64,000 bases of DNA. It comes from Hydrolagus colliei. Lineage: Eukaryota. Shown one piece after another: positions 40,901 through 54,369 of this stretch (its first letter is position 1; each line of letters begins with the position of its first letter). The stretch covers positions 9,858,001 to 9,922,000 of the forward strand of contig CM068755.1 of the NCBI GenBank assembly GCA_035084275.1. The letters are read 5' to 3'. Below the pieces are notes generated by a model. That model was not told the DNA's origin and did not search any database. It was given only the letters and a program-made list of their open reading frames with translations. The translations under genes and the position numbers were made by a program.

Positions 40901-41835
40901 AGGAGAGACATTAATAGGAGTTTTACAAAGCATTACCAGGCTTGTCATTTTTAAATTCAGAGTACACCTTAAATCACTCACACCCTTGCCATTCAGGGAT
41001 ATTGCTTAACAAGTGAAAATTATACACCATATGTGGCAACTGAAAAATAGTTTTGCTCTTTGTTGAAATGGGGCATTTTGAGTTTCTGATTCCAGAAGTA
41101 TTTGCTGAGGAAAATTATTGCTTTCCGTGAGAGCAACTATCCCAATTCAAAGACATTTCACTTTAAATAATCAAACAATCAAATTATTGAAGTGAATTTC
41201 AGAACTGGTTAAGTTTGAAATCTACTTGATGTATCTTTGTTTTCTCATTTTATTTCACCGTCACTTTTGTACCCTTCCCATTCTTGCAATGACATTTAGT
41301 GCAGTTCTGTGTGTATGTGTGTGTGTTTTGGTGTGGGTGGTCTTAGTAAGTTATCGCTATTGGCAGCAATGTCACTGCTTACTGTTCAATTATTGGAGCC
41401 ACTTTTTGCAGATACAGGGATCCTCTGCTTTTATTTAATCTTGCTCTTGTCTCCCTTCACTGTGTCCTATAAATAGACTTTCAGGCAAATCAAGACAACT
41501 GTCTTGACCCAGTCAGCAATTGATAAAATTCTTCACAAGTCTGGCTGTCAGTTTGAAATGTCAGGTTGCCTGGAATTTACAATCATCCTCCCCAGACTTG
41601 TGACACAAGCGTCTGAAAGCCCCATGCTACAGTGTGAACTATTATTTATCTAGATCCAATCATGCTCTGCTTGTCTGATATAGTGGGCATGTAACACTGA
41701 ACATTAATCTTTACTACTGCCCTTGCACTAGCTGTTTTTATCTATATTAATTGTTAAACTTAGATCCAAGCTGCTTTCTGCTTATACAGGTGTGTCATTA
41801 AAGCCAACTCTGAACAGTGACTCTTTCTCATCTAG

Positions 41836-41943
41836 GTTCTTTGGAAGTTGTGTTTGTCAGAATGTGTCGTGCCTTTGACCCACAGAACAGTACTGTGTAT
41901 TTTGATGGAAAGTATGCCGGTCCAGATGTTTTCAAATCATTAG
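41836..41943 (+). CDS. RORA: RORA exon 7, LBD
   Basis: [36 protein letters not shown]; atctag| and |gtaaag; 108 nt. Confidence 0.97.
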   Translation, partial: VLWKLCLSECVVPLTHRTVLCILMESMPVQMFSNH

Positions 41944-42985
41944 GTAAAGTAACACCATTTCTCATTCTGCGTTCATGAAATATTAAAGGTGGTTTCAGAC
42001 TTGTGTTGTAGTCTGATTCCTTTAGGAAAGAGTAGGTCTAGTTGCCACAAGCTTTGCTATGGATTTGTTGCTGTAATTTGGGGGAGTGGTTTTAATAAGA
42101 GAATAAGGAAAATCAAACATGAACTGAGGACAATTCATAAATGACGCCAGTGGGAGATCCAACTGAGATCTCTTTTGATTTTCAACTCAATTCACTGCTC
42201 TCAGGAGGTCACGATAGAGACAGGGGGAGACGATGAACTCTTTTCTCAGACTGTTTTGTGGAGTAAAGTGAAAAATGCATGCCGCTGCTTTAGATACACC
42301 TCCCATGAGCACACAGCGAAAAACTGACCCAGAGTTCACAAAGGAAAACACCATTATAAAACTATTAAACTTGGATAGCAACTTGCTATCTCGAGTTTGT
42401 ATGGAGAAAGTTCAATTGTTCGAAGACCCCTCATCCTTAACTGGTCTAGTTAATTAGAAAACTGATTGAAATGGAGGAATATACAATTGTTTGCAATGTA
42501 TCCAACCAACAAAGCAAATTTGGTATCTTGTGTCAGTCGGTACTCTGGGTGTGAGAGCAGTGTTTTCTGTTTAATTATATATTTTGAGATATACAGTGAT
42601 GTCTATTAGACAGGATTTGTAGGCTGATTTGGCAGAAACGCATGCACAAGTGTGAAAGTAATTGTTCTGTTACATTCAAGATAAGATAGTTTCTCGGGTA
42701 TTTGAAATATCATGAAGAAAAATGCTTAATAAATGATGGTGTGGTTTCCAAGAAGGCATTCTCACCATCCATCAGCCTCCAGATTGCTGAACATTATGAA
42801 ATAAGATCTATAAAAAATGCTAAATAAATTCTTCCTTTTTTCAATGAAGTGAAGGCTTGATTTGTGTTAATACTCAAGCATTTGTACGCACACCTGCAAA
42901 TTTATCCCGGGACGAGTTGGTTTTGGATGGGTGATGTAGTTTGCCTGTCATTTTCACGTTGCTGTTTATTCCCTCTTCCTGACAG

Positions 42986-43096
42986 GTTGTGATGACTTGA
43001 TCAGCTCCATTTTTGAATTTGGTAAAAGCTCGTGTTCATTGCACCTAGGGGAGGATGAGATTGCCTTGTTTTCGGCATATGTGCTGATCTCCGCAG
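42986..43096 (+). CDS. RORA: RORA exon 8, LBD
   Basis: [37 protein letters not shown]; tgacag| and |gtgagt; 111 nt. Confidence 0.97.
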
Positions 43097-44474
43097 GTGA
43101 GTGCCTCACTGAACAATTTCTCTTCCGTGTCTTTTTATTGATCTGTTGCCTCTTCTCATAGTTTACCTTCTGAATAAAAACGCTTCCGTTTATTTCCCGT
43201 GTGACACACAGAGACTCATAGCCAAAAACCCATGGCTACTTGCACCCTGTTTCCACTAGTCACAAGTAGATGTGCAAGGAAGCCTTTGATGTTCTGTTCT
43301 GTGAGGATGCATTCACCTTCCATCCGAGACACCTTCTGACCAAACACCTGAGGTGGTAACCTGGCATGCGGGGCTTGGACCACCCACACCTCTTAGCCCT
43401 TTTTAAGTTTCCTATATTTGCAGTAATCGATTAGCCCACCCACGGTATTCACTCTGGATTAAAAGGTTTTTGGGGCTGTTTTCAAGTTCCTTGTGCGTCA
43501 CTTCGACAGTGAAGTAATAGGGGCACAGCGTGGCATAGATGATACAGAGAACATAAAGAGATTTAAAGTCAATTGGCCTGGAAACACACAGTTACCAGCA
43601 GCGCTACCCAATGACGCAGAGCCCTAAAGCCCCCAAATAATGATGTGCAGGTTAAGTCTTGGCTCTGTTGAGTTACAGCTGTGAAGAAGTCAAGAGTTTC
43701 CATAGGTTTCCGTTACCTTTGGAATGCACTGGATTTCTGCCCCTCTCTTCGTCTGTTGGAACAGTGAATGGAGCAGGATATCGCCCCGATATCATGTCAT
43801 TGTCCTCCGAGAAGCATTCAGAATGAATTACTTTTCAATAAAAGTCTCAGCAGGATCCATCCGTCACTGTTTGCGGTGACAGATATTGCTGTTCTGTTTG
43901 ATTGCGTAGCTCATTCAGAGGGGGCAGCTCACATTTATATCTGCCTAATGGGACAAGACAATGATCATAAAGTGTAAAGTGTCAGAACATCTCGGCTGAG
44001 AAATTCCTCTTGCCACGAAGAGCAGCGAGCTTGACGATCCGCACCTATAATGGGAAGATCCATTATGTCAGTGTCAAAGAGTGACAGTAGTTAGGAAAAT
44101 GACAAAAAATGTGACCTTGTCTCATACTAATGAATAAGGACACGTTGAAGGGAGGATGAGACAGTCAGAGAACTGACTGTTTATAATTCACCGGATTGAC
44201 ACTAGTGTGAGCGGAGGATCTGTAAATGAAAGACTCACTATTCCACTGGAACATTCGCTTGTGACTTTGAAGATGGAAGTTTAATTTGCAATGTCTCAGT
44301 CTAATTTGTTATCTCTGCCAGAGTAGGGACAATGTATGGTTCAGAAGATTTAAATTGATGTTGGTACTGTGCTTGTCTCAGGAACAATCTGTCCCCTTAT
44401 AGAGCAGCCAAAACCCATGTATGAATCCCCACGGGAAGCTCTTAATGCTTCTTGTAATCAAATTCTCTTCCTAG

Positions 44475-44587
44475 ATCGGCTGTGGCTTCAGGAGAAAGTG
44501 AAAGTTGAGAAACTCCAACAGAAAATCCAGCTGACACTTCAACACGTTCTGCAAAAAAATCACAGAGAGGATGGGATCCTGACAAAG
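44475..44587 (+). CDS. RORA: RORA exon 9, LBD
   Basis: [38 protein letters not shown]; tcctag| and |gtaact; 113 nt. Confidence 0.97.
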
Positions 44588-44659
44588 GTAACTCAACAGA
44601 CATCAATCCATCTTTCACTTCTCGAATCACTGGGGTGGTCTGTAACTTAAGGCTAAAAC

Positions 44660-45065
44660 CTGGGCATGGGGAGGTTGGTGTACTTGCCTCTGACTCAGAT
44701 GATTGTGGATTCACTTTAGATCACAGTCTAGGTGGACGCTCCCTTGCAGCACTAGGGGAATTCTCCACGATAGGAGGTGACAGTCTTCAGATGAGATATT
44801 AAAAAAATGCGGTTATGCCTGTCTGTTCTTCAGAGGGACAGTGAAGATCCTGTGACATTGTTTGAATAGAAAAAGGAGTTTCTTCCAATGCCATGGTCAA
44901 CAATCCTTCAGAATAATTAATACTTCACTCTGTGGTTATTTGCGGGCTGTTTTGATGCAAATGACAGCAGCATTCGCTTTTTCAAAAGAAAGCCATCTTA
45001 CATGACAGTAATAACCTGTGAACCACTTTGAAGCATTTTAATGTGATAAGATGCTGTGAATCTTT
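44660..45065 (+). mobile_element. Old near-full-length DeuSINE (SacSINE1-like)
   Basis: GTCTTCAGATGAGATATTAAA...GAAGATCCTGTGACATTGTTTGAATAG...TGTGAACCACTTTGAAGCATTT in the expected order. Confidence 0.6.
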
Positions 45066-46258
45066 GTGCTTCCTTCTTCCTTTCCTTCTCATTATTTTGA
45101 AGACATGATCTGTTGTTCTTGAAGTTTGTATGTGGCAAATGTGAATCCAAGTTACCCAAACCCTTCGTAAACTTAAATATATCCAACAAATCCCCTTTTG
45201 TTGTCTCAATTCAAGAATGAAAGTTTAGGGTTGCCAACCCTCCACATTGTTGTACCCTCTAAATTCTGGATTTAATGTTGCACTCCCTCCCAACGCATGA
45301 CCAAATAGACTGAAACAGAGAGACTTCTGTATTTTAGGCTGTCCAAGTAAACGTCCTGGGACAGTGAGGCAATAGTGAGACACTGTCCTGTCCCATAACT
45401 GTACCACAAACATCCTTCGCAATGACAGATTGTAATTGAAGATTTGATTAAATCAATGCAATGCCAATTTTTAGCAATGAAAAAGCACCTTTTTTTCCCC
45501 CTTTTTTTGTTATCTCTATGCCTGTTCACCAGCTCATCATCGACACGTTGCCATTACTCTTCAGGGCTGACATAACCTTACAGTCTTCTAGGAAAACCCA
45601 TCTCCCCGCAGAGGACACTTGTGCTTGTCAGCCAAAGCAGTTCATGTAAATTATTACCCTGCTATTAGTCTCCTACTGTTACAGGGATGCATTGATTTCC
45701 CTTCACAATGATGAGTAGTGGAGTTCATTCCTCATGTTGGTAAACAGGATGAACTTCAACATTGAAGCTTCAGAGAAAATAAATGACTGCCTCTGTGAGC
45801 TGTCTCACTGAAATAAAATTGAAAGTAACGCTAGTATTCGGGTGTGCCAGATTGACGGTATGAAACATTGAAATTTCCGTAAGCATTCCATTATTAATCA
45901 AATTTCAATCTTATATGGTGATGTGACAAAAATGTTGCATTCAGTTGGCGTTGCAGGATACGGCTGGCGCGGGCATTCACCTTGCTTTCTGTTGACATGT
46001 TCAATAATATTGACAGATTAGATTAGAGTTTTCTTTTTAGATAGGAAATAGCATTATGGAATATAGTACATAAGCAGTTCGGGACATATGTGCATGCGAT
46101 CGCCAGCAGGGTGGAAGGCGAACTAGATGGGCCTTGGACTTTTTTACGGCTAGCATCATTTATTTTCTAATACGTGCTATCATGTTATCATGAGATTAAC
46201 AGATTTTAATGTCCCAGTGTTGTCATTGAGTTTATCACAGTGAATTGCTAAAATGAGC

Positions 46259-46310
46259 TTTGATCCCTGGTCATGTGCTGAGTTATCTGATTTCAAACCA
46301 GGCGGCAATG
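46259..46310 (+). mobile_element. LF-SINE-like fragment
   Basis: TTGATCCCTGGTCATGTGCTGAGTTATCTGATTTCAAACCAGG resembles the recalled LF-SINE-type segment; weaker match near 32735-32795. Confidence 0.45.
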
Positions 46311-47120
46311 CTCTGGGTTAGTAAAAGAGATAAATCAGGCAGGATTTTTGTCGCCGAACAGTACCTGGAGCCACCTGCTGGAGGTATATGTGCAGATTTT
46401 AACTTCAACCCCTTCCCCTGGCCAAAACTTGAAACTGTACCCAGTAAATGAAAATAGAAGTTACATTTGTTCACAAGAGGATGGGAGAAAATCAGTTTGG
46501 AAAATAAACAAAGAAGCAAACAAGCCCAGATTTGTTAACCTCCCATTAAGGTTGATCCCCATGAATATCAGTATTTTAACAAAAAAGAATTCAGCAATGG
46601 CTTTTTGTGCTTTTTTTCAATACGGAACATTAAATATGAAACTGCAATAGTGTCATCTAGAGTCATAATGTGGAACTGCAGAAAGGAAAAAGTGGAGACT
46701 CAAATGTGACCATTTCATACTCCTGTGACTGCAGTTTTGTATTCTGTTTTGTGTTCTGTTTTGTAGCAGCTATTGATGCTTTGACCTACTTTCTCCCCAC
46801 CCCACCACCTCCCTCATTTGCCTGTCACATTAGCTTACACTGTCACTACACTGTGAAGCCCAATATGAAAGGCACTATATCATATGCAAGGAATTATGAC
46901 TATATTTATCAGAGTAATTTCATATGGAGGTGGCAAACTGCAGTGTAAAAACAGAATTACTGAAGTGTCTTTACTGCCATCTTGATAAACACAATGATCA
47001 CACTCTGCTGACTGAAGAAAGCGAATCTTGATTGAGAGCCTACTGAAGGTTCCATTTGCAGATGTGGGATGTACCTCAACACTACAGATGTTCTAAATTT
47101 ATTTTTCTTTCCCTCTGCAG

Positions 47121-47285
47121 TTGTTATCTAAAGTGTCTACCTTACGAGCGCTATGTAATCGACACACTGAAAAGCTGACTTCGTTCAAAGCAATACACCC
47201 GGACATTGTACGGGCCCATTTCCCTCCGTTGTATAAGGAGCTGTTTAGCTCGGAGTTTGAGCAGACGATGGCTACAGAAGGGTAA
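47121..47285 (+). CDS. RORA: RORA exon 10 (last coding), AF-2 helix PLYKELF, stop TAA
   Basis: [54 protein letters not shown]; ctgcag| acceptor. Exons sum to 1407 nt = 468 aa plus stop. Confidence 0.98.
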   Translation: MLSKVSTLRALCNRHTEKLTSFKAIHPDIVRAHFPPLYKELFSSEFEQTMATEG

Positions 47286-50200
47286 ACTTTATCACCAGAG
47301 AACTTCAGAAAACTTGAAGTACAGTCATTGAATAAATTGAAGACACTTTACGTGGCTACACTGCAGTGCCCATGCACAGACCAGGAGAGCAAACACGCTG
47401 CACATTACTTTTTGTTGGGGTGGGGGTGGGGGTGGGAGGGGGAGGGGGGGGGTTAATTAATATTAGCTTCCTAGCGGAAGTTGAACTTGTTTTTCTCATG
47501 CATATAATTTCTATAGAGCACAAAAGTACGATAGCATTATAATGCTGAGAAGCTAATTTAGAGCAAACGTATTACAGGGTATATGGACAAAATACACTGA
47601 ATATAACATTGAAAATAACCTTTAGCAATGGTTGGTATGTCATTTTAATGTTGATGTACGGATCTACTTTTTAAGCACCTTTTTTTCAATTTGTACGTGT
47701 TATGTTCATGTATTTATTAGTTCTCTTAATGCACGTGCACAAGAAATACAAGTTTAACATTTACGTTTATGGAGGGGAGGTGGGCGTTTTGGATGCTGCT
47801 GTTTCTTTAGGTTATTTGTCTTGTGTACAGTAGAATGCCAGCACACTTTGTTTGGTTTACAAACTCACTCCAAGTTGCATAAGTCTGTGTGGCTGCTTCG
47901 AAGCTGTCATGTGTCGTTGATTCAGTTAAAGAATACTATGGTCAAGCAAAGAAGAAGGAATCAAATGATTTATAATATACAAAGCCTTGTCTGGACCACT
48001 TTAGAGAGAGAGTTCTATTTTTATAACCCTCGTATAAATATTAGGAAGCACTTAAACTATTCCTGCAATAAAAAAATAAAAATAAAGATGTGATTTGTGT
48101 AAGAGAAAACATTTTTTGTAATGCGAGACAATGATAGAAAGAAATGTTATTTTCTAAAAGCTTGGTATTATTTTCTTGCGAGAATATGTCTGATTCTGTC
48201 TAGCGAAATCTTTTCATCTAATGTGCCATAGTGTCAGTGTTTTTTTTCTGATAACTGATAACAAGGAAAAAACCTTTTAACCTTGAAATGGTGGTTTCTT
48301 TGTGAAACAACATTCCAAAAAAAGTACATACAAAAATGTAGAAATGTCTAAGGAAAGCATTTGTAAGTGTTTTGAGTAGCTAGCCTGTATCACTGTTGCT
48401 TTTTGCACATTTACTTCATTCCTCTGTAGTGCAATATGTACATAGGGCACTTGCGGGTGTACATTTAATCCCTCAGGGAAGAAAACCATATGTTTGTACA
48501 GTCTCTTATTTTGCTAAGGGATGTTGACTGGATCACTTGGTCGTTTGTGTGTGAGGCAGCCAGTCTTGATCCTGCAGTGAGGCCACTGTTTGCTTGAAAT
48601 GCTTAAACACCAATCGTTACTTTTTCGTTTTGTTTAGTTTTTTGAGATGCACCTTACGAATGCTGTAGCTGTGAATGACAATCCAGAGTTATAACTAAAC
48701 GATAGGAGACCTAGGAAGCAAAACCGAGGCTGGTTCAAGGAGTTGAAATTTTTGCTCAGGGATAATGTAAAGATTTTAAAGAGGGTACGAGAATGGCCAG
48801 TATTTCTTGCAACAGTTAAAACACAGCAATTACATGCAAACCCGAAGATGCAAATTGACTGTACTTCTTAAAATAAAGTTTTTAAAAAAAGTGTTTGAAA
48901 GCCTCAAAAGCTGTAGACAGATGGTTGAGACACAACAGTATTTACAATAAAAAAATTTATAGCATGAAAACCGTTAGTGAAGACTCCTATGGAACACTGC
49001 CAAAGAATACATTGTGATCTTTATAAATCAACTTATCATGACACAAATTCAAGAACTCTCCCCTTTGACTCTTTACTGCCTCAACTGCGGGGATGTGTTC
49101 CTGCAGTCTGTAATGAGTGTATTACACCACATCATATAGAGAGAGTATAAAGATCCACTATTTCCTTACAAGCACAATTGCAACACGAGCTCTGTGGACG
49201 TGTTGGCATTTCCTGTCTACCTCCCCCCCACCACCCACCACCCGCATAGGCAAAACCTGTGACACAATTTGCAAGTGCACATGTGTGAACTTGTGCCCTA
49301 GGTCCATAACAGCCAGTGTATGCAGGAAAATAAAGGGTTTGGGAGTGAAAGGGAATGGGGTTGAGCAATAATGCGACAGCTATCTGCATTCTGCCACCAC
49401 GCCTTGCAATTCCCAGTACGCATTAAGAAATCTATTGCGTGTGCAGCTCTCAAACTGTGTTCATTTTGTCAGGGAATGTGCCCAGCTCTCACCTTAGATA
49501 CCCGTTTCATTGGCCATGTTTTTTAAGGGGGATTAAAAAGAGCGAGAAAGCTGCTCAGCGTCAATTCCACTTTTTCACAAACTGACCATCCTCAGTGTAT
49601 GCACAATCTGCCGTGGTGGCTCAGGGGGAGGAACAGAAAATGCACCTGGATATGAAATTAAACATGATTTTGCCCACAGGATTATGCTTTTGCAACTCAC
49701 AAGAAACCCACTTTGTCCATGCTTGCTTGTCCACTTATCAGGAATGTAGAGATGATGTGAAAGCTGTGGCAATTATAAGTTGTAAACTCCCTTTTACTTC
49801 ATTCCATTATCGTTTTCATCCATTTCTTAGTTCCGCACTCACTGCACCTGACTCCCTTCCTCCTTCAGACCTGGTGGGTTGCTATGACATTGCAATACTG
49901 TCAAGAGCTCACGGTGACTGATCTCACAGGGTACTTCCAGTTCCTGAGTTCAATCAATTGCCAGCGACATTGGTTTTGTTGCTTATATAAGCATAGCGTC
50001 CTAAACGACATGGTGTACCTAAGAACAGATGTCCTCAATGATCTTCTTTACTTCAATAAGCAAAAGATGTCATGGCAACTCAGGATCCTTCAGTTAGTCA
50101 GCCCTTACAGTAACTCAATGGTTAGGAGAGGAAGTAGAGGAAATTATTGTATTTGGAAGGAATAACTTTACTCCTTTGATTTAATAGCCTTTTAACATAG

Positions 50201-50593
50201 ACTATATGCAATACTGTATGCATTTATGCATAATGTTAGTTGCCGGATGTAACTGCAGTGTAATTTTAAAGACTTAGAATGGGAGGAGGATGGGTTGAGT
50301 GAATTTTATTCCATACTCACCTGGGGCACACATCCTAAATAATTGTCGGATTTCAAGTGTACCAGATACAGGCTCATTTCCTGCACAGGTCAAAAGGTCC
50401 CACCTGAGGCACTTCATCACTCCAGTCACCTGCTTGGTTGCCTGTAGCAACATCATTTTTCAATACTTGTTTTATTAGTGAATTAAACGTACAGATATGC
50501 GTCACGCATTGCTGACCAGAAAGCTATAAAGTGAAAGGTACTGTTCACATTCAGATGAATCTGTGCACTTTGACTGCTGCACAGTGCACCAGT

Positions 50594-50632
50594 TATCTAT
50601 CTATCTATCTATCCATCCTTCCATCCATCCAT
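50594..50632. repeat. (TATC)n(CATC)n microsatellite
   Basis: Directly visible. Confidence 0.8.
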
Positions 50633-52779
50633 TACTGCATAGTGTTAACAGATAGGACTCCTGCCCATTGATTGACCTATAACTGGAACAAAAACAATAC
50701 TACCTTTCCCGGTGAGTTATACGTGTTGCACTGTTCAGGTTTGTCTGCCTCCAGCTAATCTCTCACAGTACTGTCTCTAAAACAATGCTGAGCCTTATTT
50801 TTAAATTCTTGTCTTATGTGCTTTCCTTCAAATCCCGTCAAATGCAAGATTTGCTTTTCGAAGTGCTACCCCCATCACAAAGCTTTTCAGAACCATGTGA
50901 AAATCTCTGAATTTTACAATGAAGCTTTCTCAACTCCGAGTGCTAAAAGGATGCAGCTTTAACCTCCTAAATGGTGGAGTTCGAACGCAGACAAACACAG
51001 CGCATCACAAGACTGCTCTTTCTAACAGTTTCTGTAGCTCTGAGACCTATGTAGCAATTGCATTGTTCAGTTATCAATCATTCTGAGCTGCGAATAATCA
51101 AGTTATCTTTGAGCACAGTTGTACTGTAGATCAAATCCTTATGTGGATTGGCAATAAAGCTTTTCTGCAGGTTAGTTTCTTCTTTCACCATATTCCTCAT
51201 CATACAAGGTCTCAGTGTGACAGCATTATTATACTTGCATCAGTATTTTGTATCAAGTTGTTATCGTGCATTCATGTGAATTATATAGACACATTAGTGC
51301 ATCTTGTACACTTAACTTATTACGCCTAAACCCCCGAACTGGTTTCCATAGGAGTATTTGCTAACTTTTCAATTTGAACGATGAAATTTGGTTTCTTTTT
51401 ATTAGCCGCATATAAACTTGAGAATATTCCGAAATAATCTTTAATGTGCAAAACAGATTTTAAATCACAAGCAATAAATAAAACGTCAAATATTTTATAC
51501 AGGGAAAATGAATGAAATTTCTAAAAGAAAATATTTTTACCTAAAGATTTGGTTTAGTTGCTCTGTGTTTTTTAAACTCATCCAAACAATGGCCTGATTT
51601 ACTGGTGATTGTTAAATGTGTTCAGATTTGAACTGGCTGCTTCTTTGTTATTTGTCTACTCCTTTCAAAGGAGCTGTGATTTTTTTGTGTCGTGGGTTTG
51701 GGCCAACGAGAAACTTTCAAGTTGTATTATACTTTCCCAGTCTAAAGAAATGCCTAATAGACAAGCCCCAGACAAGGCTTTTACCATTTGCAGAATTACA
51801 GTGTCAGGTGGTTGACTTTCAAATAAGATATTAGTCTATCTTTATGGAATCTTAGCAATTTTCTTCTCTCCAAAGTACAAATGATAATAGATAAAACTCT
51901 AGCCATAACACAATGTCAAGCAATAATATAAAATAATTACTTTCTGTGCATAGTAAGACTTAGAACACCTGCATGTAAATGCAATCTTATTTATCGCTTT
52001 CTTTATTATAAATGACTGACTACTTTTGTTGATAAATAAGGACTTGTGATGGCCCATATAAATTCTCTTCTCTCTCTCTCTGCTTTTCACTCACTATATT
52101 AATGTTGTATCACCTGTATACAGTTATCTTTTTAAAACTGTTTCTGTATAGGTAAGAAAGAACTGCTATTATCAGCCTACTCAGTGCAAATATTTATCTG
52201 TTTATTAAATACTGCATTATTATAATTGTATATCTCTGTTTTAGTATATGCTCTCTTAGCCATAGTTACAAACTAGGGTGTGCTATTTTGTGTTTTCTGG
52301 TGTGTGGTGCTAGATAAGTTGCTTTGTGAACAATACCTTTATTCCTAAACTATGCCACCCTATGGACACCTTATTTTCACTGAGTAGAACACCCCACAGG
52401 TACCTGTGGCAAAAGGACTAGACTTGGGATATGTTTGAGGGCTGAGGAAGCCAGTCCTTCCTTGTAAAATGCTGTGGAGGACAGTATCACTTTCCCACAA
52501 CTGTATCTTATTTTCAGATTTTCTCTAACTGCAATCTGCCTATCCTGCACAGTCTTGCTCCTTTACTGATTCCTAAATAAAATGAAGTATTTTGATTTGT
52601 TTTGTAAATAAAACTGTAAAAAAATAAGAGATTTAATGTTGTCTTTTAAATACTCAGATTTTCATTCTAATATGAATGTTGTTATATTGTACTTAGAAAC
52701 TGTTATCTTTAATATTACCTTTATTAAAAGTACATTAAACACATCGATTTTAGATGTGCTTTATGTGCGTTTATCCTAT

Positions 52780-52785
52780 AATAAA
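52780..52785 (+). terminator. Candidate distal polyadenylation signal of RORA
   Basis: AATAAA followed about 30 nt later by a U/GU-rich tract (ctgtctttttttattgtgtattttattttt). Alternative AATAAA near 48067, 48872, 48946, 51473, 52577 and 52607. Confidence 0.5.
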
Positions 52786-53319
52786 ATTACTGCTTGTATT
52801 GGAGCCCGCCTGCTGTCTTTTTTTTATTGTGTATTTTATTTTTTACCAAATACATCATATTCTGCTTTCTTCATCAAGTAAATTTAAGCCCCATGCTTGG
52901 ACTTTCAGCTCATAATCCAGAGTGACACTCGAGTGCAGCGCTGGGATAGTTTGGATGAAACACCAGCCAAACCAAATCTTTTGCTTGCCCAATTTGGTCC
53001 TGTAAATGTTCATTTATACTCTACCATCAATGTATCTTATCTCCAGCCTTAGAAGGACATATGTTACTTGTTAGTTATAACCTGGGCCTGTAGGAAATAT
53101 TTGCCTAAAATTGCGGGGATATTTGAAAGGAAAATGCAGGGTGGGGTGCTTGCTATTGAGTTACATTTGACTACCAACCGGCATTTTTTCACTATGTGGA
53201 TTAAAAACTAAATGTGAGGATGTAACGCAGGCCAGAGGCCCTGGAAATCAATCCCCAAACATTCAGAACCAGTGTCTATGGGGCTGCAGGAGTTCACCAC
53301 CTTGAGCCTCTCACGAACC

Positions 53320-53580
53320 AGAACCACACGCACACTCAGAGACACAAGGAGAGACACATTCTCAGAGAGACACACATACTCGGACACAAAGAGACATACA
53401 CGCAGCCAGAGGAAAGTGAGACTTACACATTCACACAGAGGCACTCGTAAACACACACATACACACACAAGAGACATACACAGACAGACTCACACATACA
53501 TACAGAAGAGAGACACAAACACATTCACACAGAGACACTCTCAAGCAGAAACACATAAAGAAAAAGAGACACACAGACAA
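53320..53580. repeat. Degenerate (CA/GA)n low-complexity tract
   Basis: Directly visible. Confidence 0.8.
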
Positions 53581-53599
53581 GCCAACAGCCTTACATAGG

Positions 53600-53920
53600 A
53601 TAATAACAATCCTTGCATTTGTTATAGTGTTTTACACGTCTTCTAGATGTCTCAAAGCCCTTCACAGAATATACTGTGAAGTGAAGTTAATTGACTATGT
53701 TTGTGGGCGAAATGCGGCAGCCAATTGCGCACAGCAGCATCCCACAAACAGTCGTGGATTAAGTGACCAATTGTTTTATTGTTTATTGTTTTTTGTGAGC
53801 GATTATTATCAGGCGTGTGGAGTAAGGAAACTTGCCCAAAGTATCATCCTGCCTGGAATCGAACCCAGGTCTCTCGCTTGCAAGCCGAGTGCTCTAAACA
53901 CTGAGCTACAGGACTCCACA
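53600..53920 (-). mobile_element. Full-length tRNA-derived SINE (CORE-like + Deu-like body, L2-type tail)
   Basis: On the - strand: tRNA-like head with A and B boxes, body TTGGGCAAGTTTCCTTACTCC, GCTGTGCGCAATTGGCTGCCGC, tail ...AAATGCAAGGATTGTTATTA. Confidence 0.9.
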
Positions 53921-54369
53921 TAGTCAAAGGATAACATAAGATGACAGGTTGGACCAAACAGGGACAAAGGTAGGTTATCCTGTGGATTTATCCTGTGACA
54001 TCAGGTACTATATCAAATGCATAATAAAACATGCAATTGATATTGTGCTTTCCTGTCATTAAGATGTCTCAAAGAGCTTCACAGGATAAAGATGGCAACA
54101 GCTCAGCAATAGCTCCCTTCCTGTCCAGCTGGTGTTTATTATATTCTTCTCAAGTGCTTCTCCTCGACCCTATCCCTAGTCCCCTATCACAGGCTTTTCC
54201 GCCCTCCCATATCCCTCAACTCAGTTCTGTCCTAACCGTGTGTTCTTCTTTTTTGACACTGCCGGCCCCAAAACTGACTACAGCAGAGAATCGCTCACCC
54301 AAACCAATCATGCGAATCACGTCATCTGATTCTCAGCCGTGAAAGGGCAGGTGATGAAATTTGTTTGTG

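Larger units (their letters stand above)
47286..52805 (+). other. RORA: Putative long RORA 3'UTR
   Basis: AU-rich, no recognisable SINE/LINE insertion over about 5.5 kb, many miRNA seed matches and several AATAAA. The distal end is inferred from the signal at 52780. Confidence 0.6.

Noticed and set aside
45226-45245. hAT-like terminus TAGGGTTGCCAACCCTCC
   Set aside because: No matching inverted end or TSD found nearby.
53845-53916. tRNA-Ala-like cloverleaf (also at about 54683, 57743 and 63570)
   Set aside because: These are SINE heads: each runs directly into the SINE body, and anticodon and stem positions vary between copies.
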